From Octopus sinensis (taxonomy: Eukaryota): a stretch of 64,000 nucleotides of DNA. The notes under the pieces were generated by a model. It made no database searches, had not been told where the DNA came from, and worked only from the letters and a program-made list of their open reading frames with translations. The stretch lies in NCBI RefSeq assembly GCF_006345805.1, contig NC_043015.1:15376001-15440000 (forward strand), in the 5' to 3' direction. A program made the translations under genes and the position numbers. This document shows, in pieces, positions 11,743 through 25,789 of the stretch. Position 1 is the first letter of the stretch; the number at the start of each line of letters is the position of its first letter.

Positions 11743-12814
11743 CATGTATACACGCATACATGTGTAAATAAATGTGTCTGAGTATGTTTGTGTATAAAGA
11801 GAAACTGTAATAACGATTTTAAAAGCCTTCATTCCAAATTATATTTTATTTTGACAGTTTAAGTTGAAAGTGCATCAATTGAAACTCTAATTATAAAACA
11901 AGAGAAATAAATAATATTGACATGATATGATGAATTTTTCAGGAAAAACGCTGAGATAATTTTTCATTTATTTTATTTGTTATATTTTTGTAATGAAACT
12001 ATAGCATAAACCTTGATTATTTTTCCTAAAATATTGAACTGTCAGTCATAAACTGTTCATTCCTTACAAAAGGTATTCTTTCACTTCTCACTTCTTTATT
12101 TTTTTCACTTCTTACTTTCTTGATGATGAACTAGAGCATATTACATGTACTGTTAACATTCTTACCAACAGAACATCTTAATTTTATTTATCTCTGATTA
12201 CTTACTTTACTTTATACTATTTTACACTCATGTTTCTTTTCTAAGTTTGCTCGAGTGGGCATGTGTACCATGGTTCAATTGTATTATTACACCTAAATAC
12301 TCTTCTTAAGACACAGAACCTATTTTTTTCTTTCACATAGGCAAACTTTAACATACAAAGCAAAATGTTTTATAAGGAAAACCTGAACTTATAACTGCTA
12401 CAGCCTCTTACATTTCCTTATGGATTAAAGTTTACATGATTAGTAAATAAATAACTAAATATATTGATAAAAAAAACCTTTCAAATATTATTCTTTTTTT
12501 AATACAAATTTGTTTGACACATTTCAGGTATCCTATTTGCTGTATCAGCAATGTGTAGTTTGACAGATTAAAAGAGATTATTTCATCAAAAGAATAATTT
12601 GTATAGCTTTGTAGTTCAATTAAATTTGTGTACACCATATGTTGCATGGAGAAATATGTCATATGTCACGTTATTTTAATAGAACATCCTCTACCTGCCA
12701 GCTAGCTAAAGTTGAAAAAAAAAAGAATTCCTCTTGTAAGCAATATGTGTGTGTGTGTGTGTGTATGTACATACACATGTATATATATATATATATATGT
12801 ACATATGTGTACGT

Positions 12815-12845
<31 letters not shown>

Positions 12846-14424
12846 TATGTACACACACACACACACACATCACTTACTTTAGAATAGGGAAAAACACTTT
12901 TCTGTGAAACATCAGAAACATCAAATATTCTGTTTGAAAGAATTACTATGGTTTTGCATAGCTTTTAAATTGAGATACATTTTCATATAATGCAATTATG
13001 TATATATGTTCATTTTTGTGTAATGAAATTATATACAGTAATACATGAATATTTACATTGATAACACAGTTAAAATAGTGATATGAGCAACTTGCTCAGT
13101 TGTGATAGAAATAAAATGGTTTGCATTAGAAAAAGTACTCTGCTATATGAGACCATTTCTAAGAGTGGTGCTACCATTGTTGTGTGCAAAGTATAACACT
13201 ACTCTGTAATTTATATCAACATAATCAATAAAACACCAATAATAGCATACAAAATCCTTTACACAGAGCATAAATACCTAAGTTAACTAAAACTTATCTG
13301 ACCTAAACTGCTCACCTATCCTTAATCTGAACCACTTCGATGTTTTTAATATAATTTTAATTTTAGAGCTGAACTACTTCACCATATGAGATTCAAATAA
13401 CTATTATGCAAGATATACAAACTTGAATATGGGTATAAACTAACTTTATAACAAATCAGGGCTTGCAAGAAGCTAATAAAATACATCATAAAATAAATAC
13501 ATAACAAACAGTAACTAGAAAACTCATAAAACTTTGGTAAAAATGCTTAAAACTTTTAGGCATAACATATGTGTGTGTGGGTGTTCATAAAATCATTAGC
13601 ACACCAGGTAAAATATAATGTGTGTGTGCACATGTATGTTGTATAAATGGCAGAAGTTAACTTAGTCACTGGGAAAGTGGTAAATTTCTTGGATATTATC
13701 ATTGAAATGAACAAAGAGAGTTCATGGAGTTTCTGGCCAGTTCCAGAATTAAGCAAGCTTTGTTTAAATCACCTCTTATAAGCACTTCTTGTTTAACAGG
13801 TGAGCAGTGCTATCCCTGGAAATGGGTTAATCAGTCAATCAAGATGCTAATTAATCTCTCCATTGCCATAGTACAATCAATATTCCAAGCTGCTATTCTG
13901 CAGATTTACAATTATAAACTTCAAAAATGTCAGGTCTGTTCATTGCACTACACCACTTTGCCATAGAACGTTTTTCAAAGTATGTTCTCCAAGAAGTTCC
14001 TGCACATGAAATTGATTATAATGAATGAAGTGTGCACAAAGCTGCATTCACTTTTCAGGTAGAACAACTTTCCTTTCAGCAGCCCAGCATTGGCTGTGAC
14101 AACTACAAGCTAAATGATCCTATCTTCAAGATAGACATTTAACAAGAAATAGGGATCCATCATTCTGAGGTGGTTTTGTGATGCAGTTGTTTACCATCAC
14201 ATTTATTTCTATGTCCCTGTGAAATTATTAGATGTTGAACTAATGCTGGGTTCATCCATCCTGTTGAATGATATTGATTTTTGTCCTGCTAATTTTGAAC
14301 ACCCTCTCACTGCACAAGCCTCATGGGAAAGCTGGTTTAGTTACCAACCACCTTACCATGCAGTAGGTTGTACAGACCTACACATTACCAGTAACACTTG
14401 TGAACAAGCAGACATATAACACAT

Positions 14425-14570
14425 ATCCATCCATCCATCCATCCATCCATCCATCCATCCATCCATCCATCCATCCATACATCCATCCATCCATATGTAC
14501 GTACGTACGTTCGTCCATCCGTCCATCCGTCCATCCATCCATCTATCCATATATACATACATACATACAT
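14425..14570. repeat. (ATCC)n/(ATAC)n microsatellite
   Basis: Direct reading. Confidence 0.95.
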
Positions 14571-14571
14571 A

Positions 14572-15453
14572 TTGGGTCATCCCATAAATAATGTGTTTTT
14601 TTTTAATATTTATATTATTTTTCAAAATTAAGATAAACAAAGTTCTATCTATTTGGTAGACTTGCAGGGCCCCAGTTCCAAAATTCATTTGTCCACGATG
14701 AAAAACACTTCTCCAGCACTGTTCTGACCTTGTCTACAGAATTCATATTTTTTCCATCCAAATCATTTTGAAAACTGCAGAATAAATGATAATCGAATGG
14801 GGCAATGTCCGGTGAACAGGCTGGGTGGGGTATCGGTTCCCATTCAAACTGCTCCAGCCTTTGGAATGTCATTCTTGCTGTAGGTGACTGAGCATCATTC
14901 TGATGGAAGAACACCTTTCATCTTGAAACCAAAGATGGTTGTTTTTCTTCTAGCGCAGGTGTTGATGAATGGTTGAATGACCAAATTCAAGCTTCTCTCC
15001 TAGTTCCTCAACAGTTACGATGGGATTTTGTTCCACCAGAGTTTGCAGGATGTTCTTGTCGAGATCTACAGATCTTCCAAGATGAAGCTCATCTTCAAGG
15101 CTGTAGTTTCTGGCTTGGAATTTCTGGAGCCACCGTTGACACTGGCTTATGCTTATTGTCCAATCCCCATATACTGCATTAATATTTCACACACTTTCTG
15201 TTGCATTGTTGCCTTTATTGAACTAATAAAGCAAAATATGCCAAATATGCTCCTTTGTCACTTTCATTATAGCTTTGAAAAAATAACTGTTAAAATCAAA
15301 CTGCACTCTTCAAAATTTGCATTAAAAATAAGTACAAGATAAAATTACTACCTGCCTTTATAACAAATTGGTGCAGGTATTTTATCCCGTTTCCCCTCCA
15401 AATTTTAGTTCATACAATTGAAAAAAAAACGCATTATTTCTGGAATGACCCAA
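14572..15453 (-). mobile_element. Internally deleted mariner element with both TIRs
   Basis: TIRs ttgggtcatcccataaataatg / cattatttctggaatgacccaa flanked by TA; HPACSPDIAPFDYHLF (YSPDLAPSDYHLF-like); N-terminal HTH shared with the 33.8-34.1 kb copy. Confidence 0.88.
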
Positions 15454-16454
15454 TACATATATCAATCCACACTGAGAAGATATTCTGTAACATTACTAAG
15501 TTCACACAACCATTTTCTTTAAATGTTAAATTTAATTTTGCTAAGAATATCCTAGCCTTTATTGATAAGCATTTCTCACAGGCATATGGAACAATGCAAC
15601 AGAAACAATCTTAAACTGAATGACAGTTTCAGTGTTTATACAAAGAATTTAACAAATAAACCAATATTAACTGAGGCTAAATGTACATTCAGAAATATCA
15701 TTACATGCCTCTTAATTATCATGTTATACTTAAGAAATCATCTATCTATCTATCCGCTCAGTCGATGTCGACTCTCGGTTACTCAATGGATCAGTGCCCT
15801 CCAGTCAGTTCTATCCTGGGCCGCTTCTTTCAGATTGGCTATGTCCATTCCAGTATCACTCTTGATGGTGTCAAGCCAGCGAGTTCTTGGTCAGTCTCTT
15901 CCTCTCTTGCCACTGACCATTCCGAGCATGATGTCCTTCTCCAGGGATTTTCTCCGCATAATATGACCAAAATATGTCAATCTATGCTTGGTGATCCTAG
16001 CTTCTAGCGACATTTTCAGCCTGATCTGCTTAAGAACTTCTCCATTGGTAAAAGACCTGGCCACCTACTCCAGTATCCTGGCCAATATACTCTATGGATC
16101 AAAAGTGTAAGAAATCATATACGATGGAAAAATCCTCTTCTCAAAAACCAAACACTGATGTGAAGGTATGATGAAAGGTAAATGTAAACATTGATACTTC
16201 AATCATACTCATCTTTCAGATATATATAAATGAAGAACCTAACAGAATTTTCCATTTACAGTTAGCATTTGAAATAACATGGTACTAATTTCAAAATGTC
16301 TGAGAAGATCCTTGAGGAGAGTTGTCTATGCATAGTATGAGATAGGTAGACAGATGTTGATTGAAATTAATGAACATTACTGAATTCACTACATTCTTGT
16401 AAAATATTCACATAATCTTTTGCTCTGACTGTGGTCATGCTGGGGCACCACCTT

Positions 16455-16532
<78 letters not shown>

Positions 16533-16747
16533 AGGTTTGAAAATGCAATTTTAAAGATGTTTATTCGGACCAGTTTCACTTTTTTAGAAAAAGATTGTCA
16601 AAAGTAAAATGTAAAGCTTTGTATAAGCTTTGTTGTGTCAAGTACTGGTTGTCACAAAAGTATTAAAATACATATATACATTCTTTGATATTAATAAGAA
16701 AATGTTAAAAACAGTTTACAAGAAAGTCTTTTAGAAAATATTTAACA

Positions 16748-16868
16748 AAAAGTATTAGGAGATCAATAAAAATCATGTTTATTTGGTAGTATCTATATAC
16801 ATACACAGAAAAAGTATTAGGAGTTCAATAAAAATCATGTTTGTTTGGTAGTATATATATACACAGAA
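16748..16868. repeat. Local tandem duplication, two units of about 62 bp
   Basis: aaaagtattaggag(a/t)tcaataaaaatcatgttt(a/g)tttggtagtat occurs twice. Confidence 0.9.
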
Positions 16869-16939
16869 GGAGATTTATTTAAGAGTTCACAAAGAATTTG
16901 AGAGGAACCAGCCTGTCTTCCTAGCATTTTTTGCTAACA

Positions 16940-18330
16940 AGGGCCTTAGAGTTAACCTAGCAAAAACCAAAGTCATAGTAAGTAGGAAGGCAGACAGATC
17001 ACAAATCCCCTTGGGGAGATGGCCCTGCTCAATCAGTAGAAAAGGTGTAGGTACCAACACCATAAATATGCAGTGTAAGCTTTGGACACACAAAAGGTGC
17101 AGCAACATCAAAGGAAGGTTAACAGAGACTTTTGTATGTGGAAGGTGCACAGGCATAATAAATGCTGAATGTATGGAAAATAGACTCTATGAACTACCAG
17201 TGGGGCAAGCTAGAAGTAGTAAATATCTTCCAGTATCTAGGTGACCAGATTAGTAGTGGAGGTGGATGTTCCAAGAGCATAGCTGTAAGAATAAGATTAT
17301 GTTGGGCAAAGTTAGAGAGCTCCTACCCCTGCTAGCAACAAAGTGTCCCTCTCTCAGAGTGAAGGGCAGATTGTTTGATGCTGCATGGCAGTGAAACATG
17401 AGTTATAACAGGACATGGATAGACTTGAGAGAAATGAAGCCAGTATGTTTCGCTGGATGTGCAATGTCAGTGTGCATATTTGACAGAGTGTAAGCATCTT
17501 GAGAGAAAAATTAGGCATAAGAGGAATCAGATGTGGTGTGCAAGAGAGACAACTGCGCTGGTATGGTCATGTGATACATATGGACGAGGACAACAGTGTA
17601 AAGAAGTACCAGTCTCTAACTGTGGAGGGAACCTGTGGTAGAGGTAGACCCAGGAAGACATGGGATGAAGTGGTGAAACATGACCTTTGAATTTTGAACT
17701 TCACAGAGGCAATGACTAGTGACTGAGATCTTTGGTGATGTACACTGCTTAAGAGGACCCATCAAGTCAAATGCACATGTGCTTGTGACACATAAAAGAT
17801 CAACCTTTGAACGTTGGGCTTCATGGAGGCAAAATGGCTGAGTTCCTTTCAAGTGCTGGGCTTCATGGAGGCATAGTGGCTGAGTTTCTTTTGAGCATTG
17901 GGGCCTGATGGAGGCAAAGTGGTTGAGTTCCTTTCATGTGTTAGGCCTCATGAAGGCAAGGTGGCTGAGTTCCTTTTGAGCACTGGTCCTCATGGTGGCC
18001 AAATGGCCAAGTTCCTTTTAGGTGTTGGACCTCACAGAGGCAATGACCAAACTCTTTGGCATTTTGTCGTACTTGAGAAGAAGGCCCATCAAGCTGAGCA
18101 AAATTGCTGTTGTGGCAGATACCAGTGTCATGCAAATGACACCCATGATGGTGGTGTGTAAAAATACCCATTACACTCTCAGAGCGGTTGGTGTTAGGTA
18201 GGGTATCCAGCCATAAAAAACCATGTCAAATCAGACTGGAGCCTGGCGCAACCTTCCAGCATGCCAGCCAGTCAAACCATCCAGCCCATGCCAGCAAGGA
18301 CAATGGACATTAAATGACGATGATGATGAC
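16940..18330 (+). mobile_element. 5'-truncated RTE-clade LINE (ORF C-terminus plus 3' UTR)
   Basis: KGLRVNLAKTKV; WPCS...CKLWTHKRCS; LRWYGHV; GRGRPRKTW; (GAT)n tail. Confidence 0.85.
17816..18058 (+). repeat. 42-bp minisatellite (about 5.5 copies) in the RTE 3' UTR
   Basis: Unit gggcttcatggaggcaaaatggctgagttcctttcaagtgct, repeated with divergence. Confidence 0.85.
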
Positions 18331-18799
18331 TAGGATGTTAGAAACACCAACGTTGCTAGAAATAAGAGCTAATGTAGGTGTTTCTAACACCGTAGTCACA
18401 TTTAGTGACGATTATAGTTTTCCTTTTTGGTGAAACATTGCAAGCTGCTGTTTACATTATTTTTCTATACACACACACATATTACTTAATCAGTAGATTG
18501 TACAGAGGGACTCAGGATCTGAAAGTTTCGTGTAGTGGTACTTATTAAATGTACTAATACATAAAACTCTCAACCCTTGAGTCACCCTGTAATTTTTACT
18601 GTTCAAACATATATATATATATTATCTGAAATGTAAAGTATCAAATATTCATCATGGCTGGTCTTACCAATCGGTTTCACATAAAGAATACAATGGAATG
18701 TTTGGTAATTAACTGATTATATAACTTTATGATCATCAGAGTTAGCTGATATGTAAGGGAATATGGTGACTGATCTCTATTCTCTTAGACAACTCACAT

Positions 18800-18838
18800 G
18801 CATACATACATACATACATACATACATACATACATACA

Positions 18839-18899
<61 letters not shown>

Positions 18900-18938
18900 C
18901 CATACACACATACATACATATATATACGTATATATATG

Positions 18939-19002
<64 letters not shown>
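18800..19002. repeat. (CATA)n/(TA)n microsatellite
   Basis: Direct reading. Confidence 0.95.
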
Positions 19003-19004
<2 letters not shown>

Positions 19005-21700
19005 TGCCAAAAGCTTATCAAAAAACTCTTTAGACCTTGATGATATCAGCTTAAATCTTCTATTCAGACTTCTTCATTTCATGAGAAAGAAATTTCATTG
19101 AAATTCCTTGCATATTTAATATTAGCAACATATGAAGATGCCATTCCCGCTTACCATTCACTAAATAAACTTAATCAATATCCAACACATCTTACCAGGC
19201 AGATTACAATAACTTCTCTCCAGGTATTTATGTTTATCTTAACATAGCTAAGGAAATTTCTTATGAAATAGCTTCCCAATTATTTTTTCATCGCCTACAT
19301 CTTTATCATTCTCACAGATCAATTGGAAATCAAAGGGAAAATGTTCACATAAACTATTAAACATTTGATGGAGTCATTTTCACAAAGAATCTGAAGCCAT
19401 ATTCACAGATGTCAAATCACTTAAACAGCACACACATTGAATAAATTAAATGCAGATGCATATGAAAATAAAATAAATGACACATTTCAAAAGACATCAT
19501 GGAACATCAGCCGCACCCCATCCACATACAGCTAAACTAATGAACTAGAAAAGTGCACGTCATTCACACACAACAGAAATAAAATAATTAGTCAAAACCA
19601 AACTAAAATATATGCAAAAATAAAACAAAATTATAAGAAAGAAAAGAAATAAACTAAAACAAAGCTAGAGAGAGACAGAAACCTAGCTATTGTCCATATC
19701 TTCTACTGAAGATAGAATGAATAACTCAATAAAAATAGTAAACAATGAACTGATTCAACAGCAACACCCAATAATAGCTTCACTGCATCCCAAAGTAAAT
19801 CTCACAATAGCAATTAATATTTGTCAACATTAACATAAAAATCAGTGCATGAAATATTACGGCTAAGATAGTCTACAGTTTTACTCTTGAAAGGCAGTAT
19901 CATTTTCAAGAATTTCCAAATTCTGTATTGCTGGCACTAATCCAAGATGGCAATAGCAGTTTATGTATTCCAGAAAACCAAAACGCAAAGGTCATGGCTT
20001 AAAAGAAAGTTACCCTCACCAAACTAAATCACACATAATATCTTCCACACTTGGCCCCAGTCAGTCTAATGACAATATTATCTCTTTATATTAGAGATGC
20101 TTTTAAAAAATGATTTGAGGATTATTAAAGTAGAAGGATTATATCAAATTCATTTAGGATTAAACAGTGAACATATGCTTACATATTTAAATAAACTAAA
20201 TACTTGTTATTCTTATTCATAAGAGTACTTCCTATATTACGGCATGTTGCTTTACTAAAAAATGTAAATATGTAAAACAGAGCTGGTAATGTTTCTTTCA
20301 TGAACTATCAAAAGAATGAATCTGAAAATAGACAAGATATAAAACAATATATTTTCCTGGCAGTTTTCTGCATAATCTATTCTCTTCTCCTTCGCACTGA
20401 GATGCAGGCAAGAGAAAAACAGAGAAAATGATAGATGTATAAATTTCAAGGAAATGGTCTACTCAGTATTATTTTCTTTTCCTTCTAGCTAACTGGCTGT
20501 CAGGAGTAGCTTGTGACCGTCTTCTTAATAACATCTTTTAACAATGGCAAATAGCCAAGGATGTTACAAACAAGTTTTCTGAAGATATTATCATCCAGTG
20601 AATTGTTCTGCATTTTGAATCCTTCTTTATCTAACTGTATTCAGTAAAAGCATACAGTCTTAAGTAAATTATAAAAGCATACATGTGATATAGCTTGCAT
20701 TATAACAATAAGCATTTAGTTCATTATATTCTATTGACAGCAGAAGATAATTATGATAAATAGGATAATAATGATGATGTGGATGTTAACAATGATGATA
20801 CTGATGATAATGAAGATGATAATGAGTTAAGATTAACTGCTGGTCTAACTAAATAGCAATAGGTGGGGGCTATTAAATTAGACATGAAATTTATGGAAGA
20901 TCTCTAGCAACACTAAAATTGTTTAAATGTGGTTAAGAACTGGATGTCAATAACTAGAAGAGAGACAAATTAGCTGTGAAGTATTTAGAATATGAAGCTT
21001 TATCAATTAAGATTATTGAATTTCCTATTGTAGTGAAACAATATAACAATGGTTTTAAGAATTTCTTCCATAATTGTAGGTTTAGAATTTGCAGTTGTAG
21101 TGTTCTACAATATTTTTACACTTCATATTACATACCCAAGAATCCATAAAACATGAATTGTGAAAAGAGCACTTGCCTGAAAATATTTCAGGCAACCTTA
21201 TTCCCATTAAAATAAATGAATGAATTAATTCATTTTTAATAGTTGAACTCAAAATAAATAAAACTATAAATAATAATGTATTAATATTGGTTTCAAATTT
21301 TGGCACACGGCCAGCAGTTTTGGGGGAGAGGTCCAAGTTGATAACATCAACCTTGTGCTCAACTACTTATTTTATTGACCCCTAAAGGATGAAAGGCATA
21401 GAAACAGATGAAATGTTGCTAAGCAATTTGCCTGGAGTGCTAATGATTTGGCCAGCTCAACACTTTCAATTAACCTCAAAATATTCTATAGTAATAAATA
21501 TATATTAGTCAATAACTTATATTTTATACTTCATTCATTAAATACATCAACATTAAATTTTACTTCATGTGGTGTCTGAAATATTTAATCTTGAGATAAT
21601 TCTATTTTACTTATATCATCAAATGTACACTTTTAAATATTTACTTCTACAAGTACAATAAATGTTATGCTTTATTTGAGGTTAGAGGAAGACATAAAAC

Positions 21701-22017
21701 ATTATGTACACTGTTCTCATCAGTTAGAGAAGTGTCCTCACCTTGATTGTTGCTTTCACTTCGTTTCGGTTGTTGTATGCTCCTGCCTTTCTTCAGGTGT
21801 CTTGTGGTTTACCTCAGTTCCTTGCCTGGAATTGGACTCAGAAACTCTAGGTGGGTGCACTGCATTAACCAATGGCTTTATCTGCAAGACGCCTGAAGAA
21901 GGCTGGAGTATACAGTGGCTGAAACTTAGAGAAAGCAACTATCAAGATGAGGACATCACACCAGCTAATGTAAACAGTGTACATAATATAAATTCCTCAT
22001 CTCAAAAATATAGAATT
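21701..22017. mobile_element. Foldback element: tRNA-like head plus hammerhead on the minus strand, with an inverted 5'-truncated copy
   Basis: Arms about 21701-21802 and 21885-21987; CTGAAGA at 21893-21899, GAAA at 21921-21924; loop read on the minus strand has a B-box-like gagtccaattcc; similar to 56777-57300. Confidence 0.7.
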
Positions 22018-22361
22018 GGATGGCAAAAAAACGTCTGGATATGTTTATTATGTTTGCTGGAAAAACGAAAATAATATTTATCACTGACTAATATAATTTT
22101 AGTCACTGTATATTTGCTTCTAGTTATCTTCATACATTAAATATGTTAGTACTAACTTACCAATCAAATATATCATTGAATAAGTATTTGTTTAACACAA
22201 ACGAGTCTAAATTTGCCACAAAACAGTCTCAGTAATATCTTGGAGTTATAAAAAAAGCCTTGACTACAGAAACCATACCAGTAGATATTGATGAAACAGT
22301 TTTAACATAGAATAGAATGGTATGTTACTATTACAGTTTTTTTAATATTCCACAGCATTAA

Positions 22362-22784
22362 GACAGCAAGCTGGCAGAATCGTTAGCATGCCAGGCAAAA
22401 TGCTTAGCAGTGTTTTAGCTGTCTTCTCATTCTGAGTTCAAATTCCACCAAAGTTGACTTTGCCTTTCATTCTTTTGGGGTCAATAAAATAAGTACCAGT
22501 TATAGACTGGAGTTAACAAAATCGTCTTACTCCTTCTCCCGAACTTGCTGGCCTTGTGCCAAGATTTGAAACTATTATTTTAGTGCATTAAGGTGGCATG
22601 CTGGCAGAATTGTTAGAATGCTGGGCAAAATGCTTAGCGGCATTTCATCTGAATTTATGTTCTGGGTTTAAATACCACTGGGGTTGACTTTGCTTTTCAT
22701 CCTTTTGGGTACGAGTTGAACACTAGGATTGATGTAATCAACTTTCCCTCTCCTACAAATGCTGGCCTGTCTCAAAATTTGAAA
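22362..22784 (+). mobile_element. Two tandem SINE family B copies
   Basis: ctggcagaat(c/t)gttag...ttcaaat(t/a)ccac heads at 22362 and 22592; further copies at about 21285-21465 (-), 47705-47915 (+), 49325-49460 (-) and 59420-59605 (-). Confidence 0.8.
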
Positions 22785-23705
22785 CAAAAGTTTCAGATTT
22801 TTGGTCTCATTAATAGACATAATATGCTTTAACATATGCCGTTTATTGTATATAAAAGTGTTCATTGTCATTATTGTTGTCGTTATTGTCATCTGTCTGT
22901 TTTTAATGCTGGCATGGGTTGGACAGGTTGTCATGGCTCTTCTTCTTTTCTAGGTGAGTCAGGGACTACATTTTCCTTGTACATTCTAATTTTGGGCATG
23001 CTTTCACTGGGTGGATTCTCTTTTTAATGCCAACTATTTTGTAGAATGTACAGTGTGCATTTTATTGTGGCACCAGCACTGGAGATGTTATCTTTCCCTG
23101 GTATGACTAAAGAGTTCTCTCTACTCTATGTTATCTCTGTTCTTTTGCCAATCATGATACTGACTGTACTGGATACCTTTTATTGTGGCACTTGTGCAAG
23201 AAGCTTGTTTTCTACCCAACAAGTCTAATAGTCTTCTCAGTACAGATTCTGGTTGTTCAAAGCACCATGACTGAGAGGGTGAATAGAAGGGAGATCAATA
23301 GAAGACAGAGAACCAGATCAAGAAGATGACAGAAGAGAGAATAAGCTAGAAGAAATAAGATGATAGGAGTTACAGAAAGACAGAGAAGAGAGAGATAGTA
23401 ACAGGGAGTGATGTATAGGTTGTTGATAGTGAGATTGAAAAGAAAAACAGCATATTAAACGTAGTGACAAAAGAGTGATTGGAGGGAAACAGGGTAATGG
23501 AAAAGGGAGTAATGGAAGTGTGTGTGTGTGTGTGTGTGTGTGTGAGACAGAGAGAGAGAGAGAGAAATAGAGAGTAAGTGATTGGTAATGATAAAGATGT
23601 GTTATAATAATCAGGGTTGTTTAAGGACTGAGTCATCTATTGTTACTCAAGCAGTATAATGGTAGTGAAATAGAGTAATAGATGGGAGGGTAATGAAGAG
23701 AGAGA

Positions 23706-23746
<41 letters not shown>

Positions 23747-24125
23747 GGAGTGGTAGATGGAGACATAACATAAACATAATGAGTGAGAGAGCCCTAAAGT
23801 AAATATAAACATTTTACATCCCACCTTATATCACTACCACCATTTTATGCCTGTTTTACTGTTTGGGTGGGTTTTTCTCTAGCACAAGAGTTTACTACAT
23901 GTTCTGGTCATTTAACATCTTGCTTGTGTCGTTCAGTGTTTGGAAAAATCAGTTTTCATTACTTTATTCCATATTTTTCATATACCATTCACCGGTTTCT
24001 CCAATTCAAAACAAATGTTTTATTGTCCTCTATTGCGTTTATGTTACATTTTATATATAAATATATATATATAAATATTTATATATATGTACTTACATAA
24101 GGCCAACGAGGGTACAGACGCCGCT

Positions 24126-24381
24126 ATATATATTATATGTAGAAAAATACAAACTGGGACAAGAACGTAAAACATTTAGAAGACGATACAAAAAACACGG
24201 ATGGGACATTCGAAGCCTTTAATCTTCAGTCAAAAACCGGATCATCCTAGCAATTTCGGCTGATCGAAATTGCTAGGATGATCCGGTTCTTGACTGAAGA
24301 TTAAAGGCTTCGAATGTCTCGTCCGTGTTTTTTGTATCGTCTTCTAAATGTTTTACGTTCTTGTCCCAGTTTGTATTTTTC

Positions 24382-24397
<16 letters not shown>
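24126..24397. mobile_element. Near-perfect 133-bp-arm palindrome of a short repeat, between (TA) tracts
   Basis: Arms 24126-24258 and 24265-24397, loop gctgat; related to the non-palindromic copy at 32535-32730. Confidence 0.85.
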
Positions 24398-24435
<38 letters not shown>

Positions 24436-24443
24436 ATATATCC

Positions 24444-24475
<32 letters not shown>

Positions 24476-24487
24476 AAATATTACTCT

Positions 24488-24875
24488 TTTACTCTGTTAC
24501 TTGTTTCAGTCATTTGAGTGTGGCCATGCTGGAGTACCATCTTTTAGTTGAAGAAATCGACCCCTGGATATATTCTTTGTAAGCCTAGTGCTTATTCTAT
24601 TGATATCTTCCAATGAATTGCTAAGTTATGGGGATGTAAACACACCAACATCAGTTTCTAAGCGATGTGAGGGGGGGGAGTAAAAAACACATACACAAAT
24701 ACAAACACATAAATATATATATATATGTAGAACAGACTTCTTTCAGCTTCTGTCAACCAAATCAACTGACATGGCCTTGGTCGGCTGAAGGCTATAGTAG
24801 GTGATACGCAGTGGGACTGAACCCGGAACCATGTGGTTGGGAAGGAAGCTTCTTAACACACAGCGACATCTGCAG
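24488..24875 (-). mobile_element. SINE family A copy
   Basis: Reverse complement of the family A head and tail. Confidence 0.75.
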
Positions 24876-24929
24876 CTATGTATATATATATATATATGAA
24901 TATGCATATATATGCTGCCCCCTCGTTAT

Positions 24930-25460
24930 TGAGTATGGCCATTGCACGAAGCTTAATCAATGTTGTTATCATGCAATGCCTGTGTAAGAAGATTTTTTTT
25001 AAAGCGATGATAGGCTGTGCACTGAGTCAATCCCACTCACAAAGCAACAGCAGCCATAATCCGAAAAGAAGAACAAGTCAACATCATCGGTAACCACTGA
25101 GCCGCAGGTTTTATGTCGGAGTTATCCCAGTTACCTGAGTTACCTTCTCCTAGAAGGATGCCCTAACAAAGGCTAGGAGTCCTTCACTCCCAATGGTTTA
25201 ACCGTGCGATTGGGTATTCAGTCTGATTATTTCTATGTCCCCACACATGATACAGCCTTAAGACATTTATTGGATGGCCATTGACTCTCAAGAGTTCCTC
25301 CACCCTTTGACGGGTTTTGTTTTTCATCCCGCAGGGTGTCCAATTAACACCCTCCTCCCCAAGCAAGCTTGGTGGGGTTGTCAGTTTAGTCGCTGACGAC
25401 CCGACCATGCAACAGGTTGTGCTGGGTTACATGTTACCAGTAGCACTCGAAAGTGACCTG
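24930..25460 (-). mobile_element. Probable RTE-type 5' UTR or non-coding derivative
   Basis: GC-richer, structured segment (gtgctactgg...ccagcac; gtcgtcagcgac; ggaggagggtg; ggagaaggtaactc) with no ORF; assignment by resemblance only. Confidence 0.45.
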
Positions 25461-25785
25461 ACATAAATATATATACATATACATATACATATATATATAC
25501 ATACATATATATATTTGCATAAATATATATGTGCAAATATATAATATATATAGATATATACATATATATATATATATACACACATATATACATACATATG
25601 CATATATATATACACATATATACATACATATATATACATAGATATACATATATATATATATACATAAATATAAACATATATATACATAAATATATATATA
25701 TATATATATACTTATATATATATACATATATATGTATACATACATATACATGCACACATATACATACATATACATGCATAAATAT
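25460..25785. repeat. Long degenerate (TA)/(TACA) microsatellite
   Basis: Direct reading. Confidence 0.95.
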
Positions 25786-25789
25786 ATCA

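Noticed and set aside
13140-13278. Minus-strand TM exon candidate (GIYALCKGFCMLLLVFY)
   Set aside because: In-frame TGA follows immediately and there is no suitable donor.
13700-14400. LINE endonuclease or Helitron remnant
   Set aside because: Motif spacing (RIAAWNID..LIRGDLN) is wrong and there are many stops.
18336-18591. Two tiny inverted-repeat elements (18336-18389; 18503-18589 flanked by TA)
   Set aside because: Short imperfect IRs with single occurrences; may be MITE remnants but are unsupported here.
20470-20645. Exon candidates on either strand (NWLSGVACDRLLNNIF*; LDKEGFKMQNNSLDDN...)
   Set aside because: No family resemblance, mutually overlapping, and no partner exons.
21136-21176. 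41-nt exon QVLFSQFMFYGFL as the beta-subunit TM segment
   Set aside because: Too short to supply the TM helix and stalk; weak acceptor within a small palindrome.
24290-24325. Hammerhead in the palindrome (CTGAAGA...GAATGTC)
   Set aside because: GAAU instead of GAAA and no convincing stem II; likewise CTGAAGA at 42938-42944.
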